Assembly (NCBI GenBank): GCA_024403635.1
Contig: JAKSRL010000001.1
Location: 1-43,273 of the forward strand
Source: Lachnospiraceae bacterium
GTDB taxonomy: Bacteria; Bacillota; Clostridia; Lachnospirales; Lachnospiraceae
Direction of reading: 5' to 3'
DNA: 43,273 nucleotides
Shown here: piece by piece, positions 1-8,272 of the stretch
Numbering within the stretch: the stretch's first letter is position 1
How the letters are laid out: each line of letters opens with the position of its first letter
The notes under the pieces: model-generated
What the model was told of the DNA's origin: nothing
What the model saw: the letters and a program-made list of their open reading frames with translations, nothing else
The model's database searches: none
Program-made: the position numbers and the translations under genes

Positions 1-89
1 CCCGTCAGCGGGGTGAGCAGATGCACGTGGATTTTTTGGAGAAGTATTATCAGGAAATGACGGAAAAGAAAGAAAACCATATGGGATGA
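1..89 (+). CDS. 3' end of an unidentified upstream gene (partial)
   Basis: Frame 3 is open from the window edge to TGA at 87-89 (...EKYYQEMTEKKENHMG*). An imperfect hairpin follows at ~106-143. Too short to assign a family. Confidence 0.25.
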   Translation, partial: RQRGEQMHVDFLEKYYQEMTEKKENHMG

Positions 90-312
90 ATATTTGCTCA
101 AAGAACAGACCGCCAGGGATGAGGGAGAATGCCTGGTGGTCTGTTAATAATAAGATTAAAGAAAAGTAATTTTTTGGGGAAAAGAGATGAAAACTGCGCA
201 AAACGTCAGAGAGATGTCAGTGCAGATTTTTTATTTAATATGCCAGTTAGTAAAGAAAGACAGAGCTAGGATATTTTTTACTGACAGCTATGTGAAAGAG
301 AGAAGATGGATT

Positions 313-1401
313 GTGAAAAAGATATTCGTTATTTTCGGAACACGACCGGAAGCAATCAAGATGTGCCCCCTTGTTAAGGAAATGAGAAAACATGCGGAAC
401 TAGAAACGGTTGTCTGTGTTACGGGCCAGCACCGTGAAATGTTGAAACAGGTGCTGGAAGCCTTTGAAATAGAGCCGGACTACAATCTTGACATTATGAA
501 AGCCGGCCAGACATTGTTTGATATTCAAACAAGCGTTATGGAAAAAATCAAACCTATTCTGGAAGCAGAAAAGCCGAATGTTGCGTTGGTTCACGGAGAT
601 ACCTCTACGGCATATGCTGCAGCTCAGGCGTGCTTTTATCTGGGGATTCCCGTGGGCCATGTTGAGGCAGGACTCCGTACATATAACCTGCAAAGCCCAT
701 TTCCGGAAGAATACAATCGTCAGGCAATCGATATCATCAGCAAATATCTGTTTGCACCGACGGAGCATGCAAAAGAAAACTTGCGAAAGGAAGGGAAGAA
801 TCCGGAGAACATCTATGTGACTGGAAATACCGTCATTGACGCTTTGCGCACGACGGTACGGGATGATTTTCAACACCCAGAACATTCACAACCGGCGGAC
901 ATCAGAATGAGACTGCATACAGCTCCTCGGACAGAAAATCTCGGTGATGCAAGGACGCAGATGATCCGCGCCATACGGCGTATCGTTGACCGATATGAAG
1001 ATGTTAAAGTGGTTTATCCGATTCATATGAATCCCATTGTTCGAAAAACTGCCCACGCGGTCTTTGACGGAACAGACCGCGTTCATCTGATTGGGCCGCT
1101 TGATGTGATTGAGTGCCATAACTTTATGGCTCGCAGCTTTCTTGTAATGACAGACAGCGGTGGAATCCAGGAGGAAGCGCCGAGTCTTGGGAAACCAGTT
1201 CTTGTCATGCGTGATACAACGGAGCGTCCGGAAGGTGTAGAGGCAGGAACAGCAAAGCTGGTGGGTACCGAGGAAGAAACTATTTTCAGAGAAGCATGCA
1301 GACTGCTTGATGAGGAAGCGTATTATCAGCAAATGGCACAGGCGGTGAATCCATATGGAGATGGACATGCCTGTAGAAGAATCGTAGATGCACTGATATA
1401 A
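313..1401 (+). CDS. wecB: UDP-N-acetylglucosamine 2-epimerase (WecB/MnaA family), possibly inactive
   Basis: Family-typical motifs: KKIFVIFGTRPEAIKM, HGDTSTA, VGHVEAGLRT, SPFPEE, DSGGIQEEAPSLGKPVLVMRDTTERPEGV, NPYGDG. The track ORF opens at 187, but family proteins start right before the FGTRPE motif, so I use the in-frame GTG at 313. The conserved HRREN motif reads PRTEN here (see findings). Confidence 0.85.
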   Translation: MKKIFVIFGTRPEAIKMCPLVKEMRKHAELETVVCVTGQHREMLKQVLEAFEIEPDYNLDIMKAGQTLFDIQTSVMEKIKPILEAEKPNVALVHGDTSTAYAAAQACFYLGIPVGHVEAGLRTYNLQSPFPEEYNRQAIDIISKYLFAPTEHAKENLRKEGKNPENIYVTGNTVIDALRTTVRDDFQHPEHSQPADIRMRLHTAPRTENLGDARTQMIRAIRRIVDRYEDVKVVYPIHMNPIVRKTAHAVFDGTDRVHLIGPLDVIECHNFMARSFLVMTDSGGIQEEAPSLGKPVLVMRDTTERPEGVEAGTAKLVGTEEETIFREACRLLDEEAYYQQMAQAVNPYGDGHACRRIVDALI

Positions 1402-1423
1402 AAGATAGAAGGAAAGATTGTAC

Positions 1424-2212
1424 ATGAAAACACGAGATCAGCGCTTTGGCGCTGGAGCAAAAAAAAGCAGATCATACCATTATACAAAGAACAGCATGCT
1501 TAAAAGAATCCTTTTTATTGCAATTACCTTTATCCCATTTTTGGGCATGTTATTTTACGGAAACGGAATGGTTTCCGAGTGGATTTCAAAATGGGCAGGA
1601 AAGATGATGCAGACCGGCTTGGGAATAGAATCTACTGTGCAGGAAATGGATTTTATTCCGTTCTTCAAGCTGAGATATCTATCCGTTGAGGGCAGTCTGC
1701 CAACGCGGCAGCACATTCTCATTGCCGGAATTGCCTGCATAGTCCTTATGTTGCTGGTATTCTTTTTTGGAAAAGGCCAGAGCCCGCTAACTTTCTTTGG
1801 GGTGATTTCTATTATCATCTTGTTGATTTCTACTATATATTTTTACTTTTGGGGAGACAGATTCCCTTATTCTCTGACAAGGTATGCAAGCCTTTATATG
1901 ACCCAGCAGATTGTCTCATGGCTGGCTATCGGCTTTATTTTGTCGATGGTGTTGGCACTTTATAGCAAAGCCTTACTTCCCGCAATTATTACCTATTACG
2001 GTACGCTGGCTTATTGCTTCGTTCTTGGAAGTCTTCGATACCTGTTTTATCTGATCTTCCTTCACCATGCAAGTAGTCTCTACATGGCTACACTTTTCTT
2101 TACGTTTGGTGTTTTCTGGGATTTTCTGTTTGTTGTGTGCATATTCTCCATGTTTTCCAGCAGACTGAGCGGCAGGTATAAAAAAAGAGGTGACGAAATA
2201 TGGCAGTACTGA
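1424..2212 (+). CDS. polytopic membrane protein of unknown function (EPS locus)
   Basis: Multiple hydrophobic helices run through the translation. The ATG at 1424 follows AGGAAAG with 7-nt spacing; the track start at 1418 is TTG. It overlaps the downstream GT2 start by 13 nt, which suggests an operon. Confidence 0.6.
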   Translation: MKTRDQRFGAGAKKSRSYHYTKNSMLKRILFIAITFIPFLGMLFYGNGMVSEWISKWAGKMMQTGLGIESTVQEMDFIPFFKLRYLSVEGSLPTRQHILIAGIACIVLMLLVFFFGKGQSPLTFFGVISIIILLISTIYFYFWGDRFPYSLTRYASLYMTQQIVSWLAIGFILSMVLALYSKALLPAIITYYGTLAYCFVLGSLRYLFYLIFLHHASSLYMATLFFTFGVFWDFLFVVCIFSMFSSRLSGRYKKRGDEIWQY

Positions 2213-3480
2213 TTCTGATTTTGAAAATATATTGCGTGTTCATCGTTGTGCTGATGACGGTATATTCCATCCGGCATTATGTACTGACAGATAATCGCCT
2301 TCACAAGCGGCAACGAATTGCTTATGGTGATATCTATGACAGCGAACTGCCGTATGTTTCCGTGCTTGTTCCGATGCACAACGAGGAAAAGGTTTTAAAT
2401 AACGTGCTGTCATCCCTGCTTGCATGTGACTATGACAAAGACAGGATGGAGATCATTGCCATCAACGATCACTCGGATGATAAAACTGCGGAAATGCTGG
2501 ATGCATGGCATGAGAAGTATCCGTTTATCAATGTCCTGCACCGACGCAAGGGCAATCAGGGACGAGGAAAAATGTACGGTCTGAATGATGCCATGGAAAT
2601 CGCAAAAGGCGATGTTATCATCGTCTTTGATGCGGACTATACACCGTCTACCGGACTTGTCAGAAAACTTGCTATGGCGTTCATCGACCCGACGGTAGGA
2701 GCGGTCATGGGCCGCGTTATTCCAAGAAATGCGACAAAGAACCATCTTACTTCCTTCCTGAATCTGGAACGAATCGGCGGCTATCAGGTGGATATGCAGG
2801 CGCGCTATAATCTGGGATTGATTGCATAATATGGGGGCACTGTCGGCGGTTTCCGGAAAAACTTCATTATGGAATCCGGAGGATTTAATACCAGAGTCCT
2901 TGCAGAAGATACGGAGCTTACTATGCGCCTTTACACAAACGGTTATCGTGTTGTTTATGATAACAGCGCAGAGTGTTATGAAGAGGTACCTGAAACATGG
3001 AAGGTTCGTGGAAAACAGATCCGCCGTTGGTCAAGAGGCCACAATGCGGTCATGTTCCGTTACTTTGGAAAAACGATCTTGTCGAGATACCTTAACTTTT
3101 GGCAAAAGATTGACGCATGCCTTTTTCTTGCCTGCTATCTGGTCCCGTTTTTATTTGTGCTTGGAATGGGTGCAAGCATAGCCTTGTTTTTCTTAAACGA
3201 GATGAGAATTGGAAATAGCTGGCTGCTGCTGATTTTTATCGGTCTTTATAATACATACGGAAATTTTGCTGCCTTCTATGAGATATCCAGCGGCGCAGTT
3301 TTAGATGGCGTGGAAGATGCACAGCTTGCGCTCCCGATGCTGAGCGTTTTGTTCTACTATAATATGTGGCATATTTCCTTGGGCTTCTTTGAGGCTGTTC
3401 CGAAAGGTTCAGTGGAACAAGACGGAAAGGTTTGCGGAAACGCCGGAAGGGAATATTCAGTTTCCTTTGGCGGCGGATGA
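2200..3480 (+). pseudogene. processive family-2 glycosyltransferase (synthase type) interrupted by an in-frame TAA
   Basis: ORFs 2200-2829 and 2869-3480 share one frame (669 nt apart). The only stop between them is TAA at 2827-2829, and the junction reads GLIA*YGGTVGGFRKNFIMESGGF. GT2 motifs span both halves: VSVLVPMHNEE, VFDADY, LAEDTELT, QIRRWSRG (QxxRW). An N-terminal TM and C-terminal TM helices are present. Confidence 0.85.
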
Positions 3481-3537
3481 AAACGCAGGAGTTAAAACAT
3501 CGGAAGAGGAGCAGATAACAGCGTCAGGAGGTGCAAG

Positions 3538-4356
3538 ATGATCTGGATATACCTTGGAATATTTATCGTGCTGATGGCTGCTCCGTTTCTTCTGAGTTGG
3601 TATTATACCGGGAAAAAGAAAAGAACGATACTCGCCCTTTCCGATGATAGCAGTGATATTCCTTTCCACAATAGTAGCAGGCATATGACGAATTCGGAGA
3701 ATGTGATAAAGATGGAACGTCTTGATGCGCCGGCAGAAAGCGTCTACGAAGAACCGCTTTTCATTGAAGGCAATGCTTCTTTTGGTAAAAACGCAAAGCT
3801 ATCTGCCGCCCACGCAAAGACGCTGACACTTTCTGAGCAAGGTTATGTCACTTCTTTCCTGAATGCGGATGAGTATCTTTCCGTTGGCGAAGGATGTATC
3901 CTCATGGGAAGCACAGAGTGCCATGGCAATATGGATATTGCAAACGGAGTCTCGTTCTATGATCTTTTTGCTCGAAAAATACGCTTCTCTGGAGGACCTT
4001 ATGAAGCAGGTTCCGATAGCGAAGAAAGAAAGGATTTGATTGTTGGAGCGAAGGAGTATGTTATGGGGGATATATCCACTGAAAACGATATTGAATTGGA
4101 CAATGACACAGTCGTCTTCGGAAATGTTATTTCACAGAAAAGCATAAAAATCGGATCTGGATGCCACATCAAAGGAAATGTATTTGCACAGGAGTGCATT
4201 GAAATACATGAAAATGTGACAATCGGCTCAGAAAAACAAGTTAAGTCTGTTGTCGCAGGTGATTCCCTTCTTCTGTTCGGTCCCAGCACGGTGTATGGAC
4301 GTGTTCGTGCCATTAGAGGTGGAAGGGTGACAGAGCAGCAGACTACGATGGAATAA
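3538..4356 (+). CDS. membrane-anchored protein with beta-helix / bactofilin-like repeats
   Basis: Good RBS (CAGGAGG). N-terminal TM (IWIYLGIFIVLMAAPFLL). The C-terminal half has repetitive G-x-V/I turns (GNVISQKSIKIGSGCHIKGNVFAQECIEIHENVTIG) like polymer-forming cytoskeletal/bactofilin proteins. Family call is tentative. Confidence 0.5.
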   Translation: MIWIYLGIFIVLMAAPFLLSWYYTGKKKRTILALSDDSSDIPFHNSSRHMTNSENVIKMERLDAPAESVYEEPLFIEGNASFGKNAKLSAAHAKTLTLSEQGYVTSFLNADEYLSVGEGCILMGSTECHGNMDIANGVSFYDLFARKIRFSGGPYEAGSDSEERKDLIVGAKEYVMGDISTENDIELDNDTVVFGNVISQKSIKIGSGCHIKGNVFAQECIEIHENVTIGSEKQVKSVVAGDSLLLFGPSTVYGRVRAIRGGRVTEQQTTME

Positions 4357-4473
4357 TTTTGGACTTCGACCTCCGAAGAATAAAAAGATATTAAAGACAG
4401 ATTGTGTTATAATATAAAATAATCGCGTCGGGGCTGGCGCGTATATGTAAACAAATGTATTGGAGGTTGTTTT

Positions 4474-5319
4474 ATGAAGCCAAATCAACAAACTGGAATG
4501 TTATCCGTTTTTCGTCCTCCTCTGTGTTTCGAACTGGCTGGAAAGCAGTTCTTCATGGAATTCGATGACGGCTATGACCGCATTGCCAACTTCAAGGACC
4601 GCAAAACTCTTTCCTTCGGCGTAGTGGGCGAAGAGAAAGAGTTCCCTTATGAATGCCTGAAGATTGCAGACAAATTATACTATGTAAACTTTGAAGATCC
4701 GACCATGGAGCCGAGAACCGGTATCACTCTGGTAGTGGATCTGCAGACCGAGTTAGTAACCATGGCGTTAGGCCGCATAGGAACGAACCCGAAATTCCCT
4801 GGAATTCCGAGTATCAGCTATGTTTTCGGCGCAATCCGCCGTGCAGATGGAACCATCTCCCATACACGCCACGGCTATACTACCGAACTGATGGGCAAGT
4901 CCATCAGCTGGAACTATGGTTACTTCGACATCGCACATGTTTACGCAACCGAGCATTATTATCGTATTACCTTCAGCCCACGTGGACTGGCTCGTGTTTA
5001 CAAGGGCAGACCGGAAATGCGTTCCTCATCTAAGATGAGCTACGTTGAACCAGGCGACACCTACGAAGACTACTTCACACCGATCAAGATCCGTGACCGC
5101 ATCTATCTGGTTGGTATCATCGAAGACACCAAAGCAAGAAAGATTGGTAACGGCAACAGCATCCTGGTTCTCATGAACCTGGACGAAATGCATGACGTAG
5201 GACGTTCCTTCGGTTCCAACCGTGAAGGCGGCACCGGCAACAACACTTTGGGAGCTTTCGGCGTATGGGTAGACGCTACCGAAATCATGTCCAGAAAGAG
5301 TTCCCTGTTCATCCGCTAA
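4474..5319 (+). CDS. hypothetical cytoplasmic protein, possibly MoaF-like
   Basis: Strong RBS (TGGAGG) and coding-like codon usage. The N-terminal LAGKQFFMEFDDGYDRIANFKDRKTLSF resembles my recollection of MoaF N-terminal domains. This is a weak assignment. Confidence 0.55.
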   Translation: MKPNQQTGMLSVFRPPLCFELAGKQFFMEFDDGYDRIANFKDRKTLSFGVVGEEKEFPYECLKIADKLYYVNFEDPTMEPRTGITLVVDLQTELVTMALGRIGTNPKFPGIPSISYVFGAIRRADGTISHTRHGYTTELMGKSISWNYGYFDIAHVYATEHYYRITFSPRGLARVYKGRPEMRSSSKMSYVEPGDTYEDYFTPIKIRDRIYLVGIIEDTKARKIGNGNSILVLMNLDEMHDVGRSFGSNREGGTGNNTLGAFGVWVDATEIMSRKSSLFIR

Positions 5320-5445
5320 AACGTGATTGAAACGCAACTGTGGGGATTTCAGATGGCGTGATTGCCACAACGACTTCCCATTGAATGAGCGAGAACGCAA
5401 CCGTGGGACCTTCCCATTAGAATGTGACAAAGAAAAGGTGATAGT

Positions 5446-6060
5446 ATGAGTAAGAATTTATTTGATTATATTTCCAACGAAGGCAAGAGCGTTGTTTTCG
5501 GCCTGCCGACCACAGAAGAATTAATCGGCAGAGAGGCTGTATACCCATGCGGTGAAAAAATCAGCTTCGGTGATGAGATGGCCATTAAATGCGATGACGA
5601 CCTGTTTCTCGTTGATGCAGCAGGAAAAATCCTGCTGGTAGAAGAATTAGAAGATTTAAGTCTGAAGGCTCTGGATGCAGAAGATACATGTGCTGGTGCA
5701 TCCGAACTTCCAGAAGAATTAGAAGGATGGCAGACCGACCTGAGCTTTGCGTCAGGCCATGTGTTGACTGGATTGTTCGCTGATGGCAAGCTGAACCTGC
5801 AGCCATCACCAACACCGGAAATTCCGGAAGTTTACCGGACCGAAAAGAAGTATTCCCCGGCAATCGAAGCAGAAGTTGATCTGGGACCGGAATCCTTCCC
5901 AGTAGAGACCGTGGCAACCGCGGACAAGAGATACTTATTCCGTTTCCCAGAGACTGGCGAAGTTGTATTCTTCGACGCACGCCGCTTTCTGCTTTATGCG
6001 CTATTGAACGGCCGCACGGTTACCGGCTTCGTAGAAATCCCGCCAAAAGACGCAAAATAA
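5446..6060 (+). CDS. hypothetical acidic protein
   Basis: ORF with RBS AAAGGTGA, followed by a strong terminator. No family recognised. Confidence 0.55.
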   Translation: MSKNLFDYISNEGKSVVFGLPTTEELIGREAVYPCGEKISFGDEMAIKCDDDLFLVDAAGKILLVEELEDLSLKALDAEDTCAGASELPEELEGWQTDLSFASGHVLTGLFADGKLNLQPSPTPEIPEVYRTEKKYSPAIEAEVDLGPESFPVETVATADKRYLFRFPETGEVVFFDARRFLLYALLNGRTVTGFVEIPPKDAK

Positions 6061-6143
6061 GAGGCGCGCAGCGGACATGTGCAAAAAAGGCGCAGTGCAA
6101 AGTGAGCACGGCGAGGCGGACATGCGCAAAAAAAATAAAAACG

Positions 6144-6176
6144 AACTCCCGAGAGCAGATTCTCGGGAGTTTTTTA
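6144..6176 (+). terminator. rho-independent terminator
   Basis: 11-bp perfect stem AACTCCCGAGA/TCTCGGGAGTT with a 6-nt loop, followed by a T run. Confidence 0.8.
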
Positions 6177-6615
6177 TGTTGTTTACGTTATTTTGACGGG
6201 AAAATTCTCCATTTAACCGCATTTTTCGAGTTTGTTCAGCATTTTCCCACACAACGTGCTCGTTTTTATTTCTGGTGGGGGCATAAATGACCTTTTACCC
6301 TGGTTTTTTCGCTATTATTCGCTTATTTTCCACATAAAATCACTTATGTATCAGGCCAGTGGGGGTATTTTATGGAAATTCTACCCCCACCAATTAATAA
6401 AAAGTACTCGTCATGTGGGCTTATTTGTTTTTCTGGGCTATTTTAGCTTAAAATGCGGTGAATTCACCCCCACTAGCTATGCTTTTACATGCATAGTGTG
6501 GGTTGGAGCCTTAAAATTATGTTTTTTCAAGCGGAAACTTTGTTTTTCAGAACGAAGTCGATATTTTCAAGCGGAACTTTTACTGATTTGAGCGGAGACT
6601 CTGATAAGCCCATGT

Positions 6616-7479
6616 TTACGGGACGGCGTCGTACTTCGAGCAGACAAAGGCGGCGGTTTCGGAGGCCTTTGCCAGGCAGGAGTCAATGTCGGAGCTCTTT
6701 AGATACTCGCTTAGGAAGGTGGCGGAAAAACTGTCGCCGGCGCCGACGGTGGAAACCACATCCGCAGGAACCGCCGGGCATTGATAAAACAAATTATTTT
6801 CGCGGTCATAGGCGTAGGAGCCATTTTCGCCGAGCGTTATCAAAATGATCTTCAGGGCAGGGAATATGTCCGTCATCTGAAGCAGAGTTTTTTCATAAAA
6901 GAAGGAGTTGACGATGCCGAGGGCGTCGGTCACGAGCGGGAGTTCTTCGCCGCTGACCTTCAGGATGGTGGCGTGTTCCAGAGCGAAGCGGATGACTTTG
7001 TTGGAATAAAAAGGCGCACGAAGGTTGATGTCTACGAAAATTTCCCGGAAGGAGTTGTTGGCAAGAATCGCGCGGAGAGAAGCGAGATTGTAGTCGCTGC
7101 GCAGGGCTAAGGAGCCGAAGTAGAGAACCGCTCCGTCTGCGCAAATGTTGCCGTCAACGTCCACAACCTTAAACGCATCAATATCATCCCAAGCGACATC
7201 TGTCTGCAGATCATAGCTTGGCAGGCCGGTATCGTCCAGCGTTACCAGGCATGCGCCGGTAGGTAGGAGCGAAGTCTTTACATAGTCCGTGCGGACATTT
7301 TTTCCCTGCATCCATTCCAGAGCGTCTCGGCCGTTTTCATCGTCGCCAACAGCGGAGATCATATAAGTCTCGTTGCCTTGCAGAGCGAAGTGGGCAGCAA
7401 AATTTAGCGGTGCGCCGCCGATGCATTTGCGCTCCGGATATACGTCATATAGAATTTCTCCAAAAGAATATAGAGCCAT
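6616..7479 (-). CDS. PfkB-family carbohydrate kinase (fructokinase-like)
   Basis: N-terminal LYSFGEILYDVYP...GGAPLNFA and the PfkB signature VSTVGAGDSFSATF. The track start at 7500 is GTG; I prefer the ATG at 7479 (MALYSFGE). Confidence 0.8.
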   Translation of the reverse strand: MALYSFGEILYDVYPERKCIGGAPLNFAAHFALQGNETYMISAVGDDENGRDALEWMQGKNVRTDYVKTSLLPTGACLVTLDDTGLPSYDLQTDVAWDDIDAFKVVDVDGNICADGAVLYFGSLALRSDYNLASLRAILANNSFREIFVDINLRAPFYSNKVIRFALEHATILKVSGEELPLVTDALGIVNSFFYEKTLLQMTDIFPALKIILITLGENGSYAYDRENNLFYQCPAVPADVVSTVGAGDSFSATFLSEYLKSSDIDSCLAKASETAAFVCSKYDAVP

Positions 7480-7499
7480 ATTTTTGTTGTGGGCAATCA

Positions 7500-7617
7500 C
7501 CGCGAAATCGCGCGTCTCGCAGTCAGCAAGGGCCCGCGAACCTCAAATCGCGCGTTCATAAAAGTAAAGGCCCGCGAACCTCAAATCGCGCCTCGCAGAA
7601 AGCGAAGCCCTGCGACC
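7500..7617. repeat. three degenerate tandem ~38-nt units
   Basis: TCAAATCGCGC...GGCCCGCGAACC occurs three times. The 23-mer GGCCCGCGAACCTCAAATCGCGC is exact at ~7531-7553 and ~7569-7591. It lies between the stop of the 7619-8059 gene and the fructokinase start. Confidence 0.7.
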
Positions 7618-7618
7618 T

Positions 7619-8059
7619 TTAATGAAACAGATTAAAATTCGTAACTAAAAGATAAACCAGAAAGATGAGCAGTGGAATGCAAACAACGAGGGCGAGAATC
7701 TCCCACCATTTCCATTCTCGTTTGGTGCCGTTGCGCTTCCGGTCGTCGCGCTTTAACAGCGCCAGCGGATCCTTACCGCCGTCCAGGCGCCGGAAAAAAT
7801 CCTTCAGCTTCTTCATGTCGTCGTCCGTGCAGAAGGTGTTGGCCTCAGTGTCGTCGTGGGCAATCTGGTTGCGGACATGGCGAAGGTGCTTTAAGGTCTT
7901 GTAATCATCATTCCAACCGGAAATGCGGCTAGCACCGTAAGACTTCTTCTCCATCTCCCTCAGATAATCGTTGACACCTTCGTTGCTGTGATAAATCTCG
8001 CAGCAAAGACGGTTCATTTTTTTATATCCCTCAATAAATCGGTTGTCAATTTTATGCAT
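7619..8059 (-). CDS. hypothetical protein with C-terminal membrane anchor
   Basis: ATG start. C-terminal WWEILALVVCIPLLIFLVYLLV transmembrane segment. No family recognised. Confidence 0.5.
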   Translation of the reverse strand: MHKIDNRFIEGYKKMNRLCCEIYHSNEGVNDYLREMEKKSYGASRISGWNDDYKTLKHLRHVRNQIAHDDTEANTFCTDDDMKKLKDFFRRLDGGKDPLALLKRDDRKRNGTKREWKWWEILALVVCIPLLIFLVYLLVTNFNLFH

Positions 8060-8214
8060 AGTTGTTCACTTTCTATCGGCCGCCGGTCGTGACGGCAACG
8101 CTATTAATTTCTTTTATTATAATACAAAAATGGGTGAATTGGCGCAGAAATTGTAAACACGCGCGCCAAACAAATGCCCAACAAACGTCGACAGAAACCG
8201 ACGAAGCTCCCGCT

Positions 8215-8242
8215 TTGCAACCCTCTCCGTTTGCAGTATAAT
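8215..8242 (+). promoter_or_regulatory. sigma-A-type promoter
   Basis: TTGCAA, a 16-nt spacer, then TATAAT, about 30 nt upstream of the ATG at 8273. Confidence 0.5.
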
Positions 8243-8272
8243 GACCAAAAAGAAAAAAGACAGGACGAACCT

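Noticed and set aside
400-1425. Antisense ORFs 400-885 and 886-1425 (161 and 179 aa), opposite the epimerase gene
   Set aside because: They lie entirely inside a gene with strong family motifs on the other strand. Their translations are low-complexity and Cys/Phe/Ile-rich, and they have no RBS.
6071-6135. Direct repeat GCGGACATG(T/C)GCAAAAAA twice, between the stop codon at 6060 and the terminator
   Set aside because: It is a short duplication within a 3' UTR, with no further structure or coding potential. It is probably a slippage relic.
6266-6600. DnaA-box-like (TTTTCCACA, TTTCCCACA) and Chi-like strings (CTGGTGG; three AGCGG within the TTCAAGCGGAAAC repeats)
   Set aside because: There is no dnaA/dnaN context and the boxes are single-mismatch hits in a repeat-rich region. 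The 5-mer Chi motif is too short, and the Chi sequence of this organism is unknown. These strings are mentioned only inside the repeat finding.
6232-6848. ORFs 6232-6591 and 6489-6848 (119 aa each) in the long intergenic region
   Set aside because: No RBS. The translations are Phe/Leu/Cys- or Arg-rich junk. The second runs antisense into the fructokinase gene. I treat the region as non-coding repeat DNA (see finding).
7500-7617. Possible CRISPR array
   Set aside because: There are only three degenerate units with no unique spacers of regular length, and no cas genes in the window. I did not see a CRISPR-like array elsewhere either.
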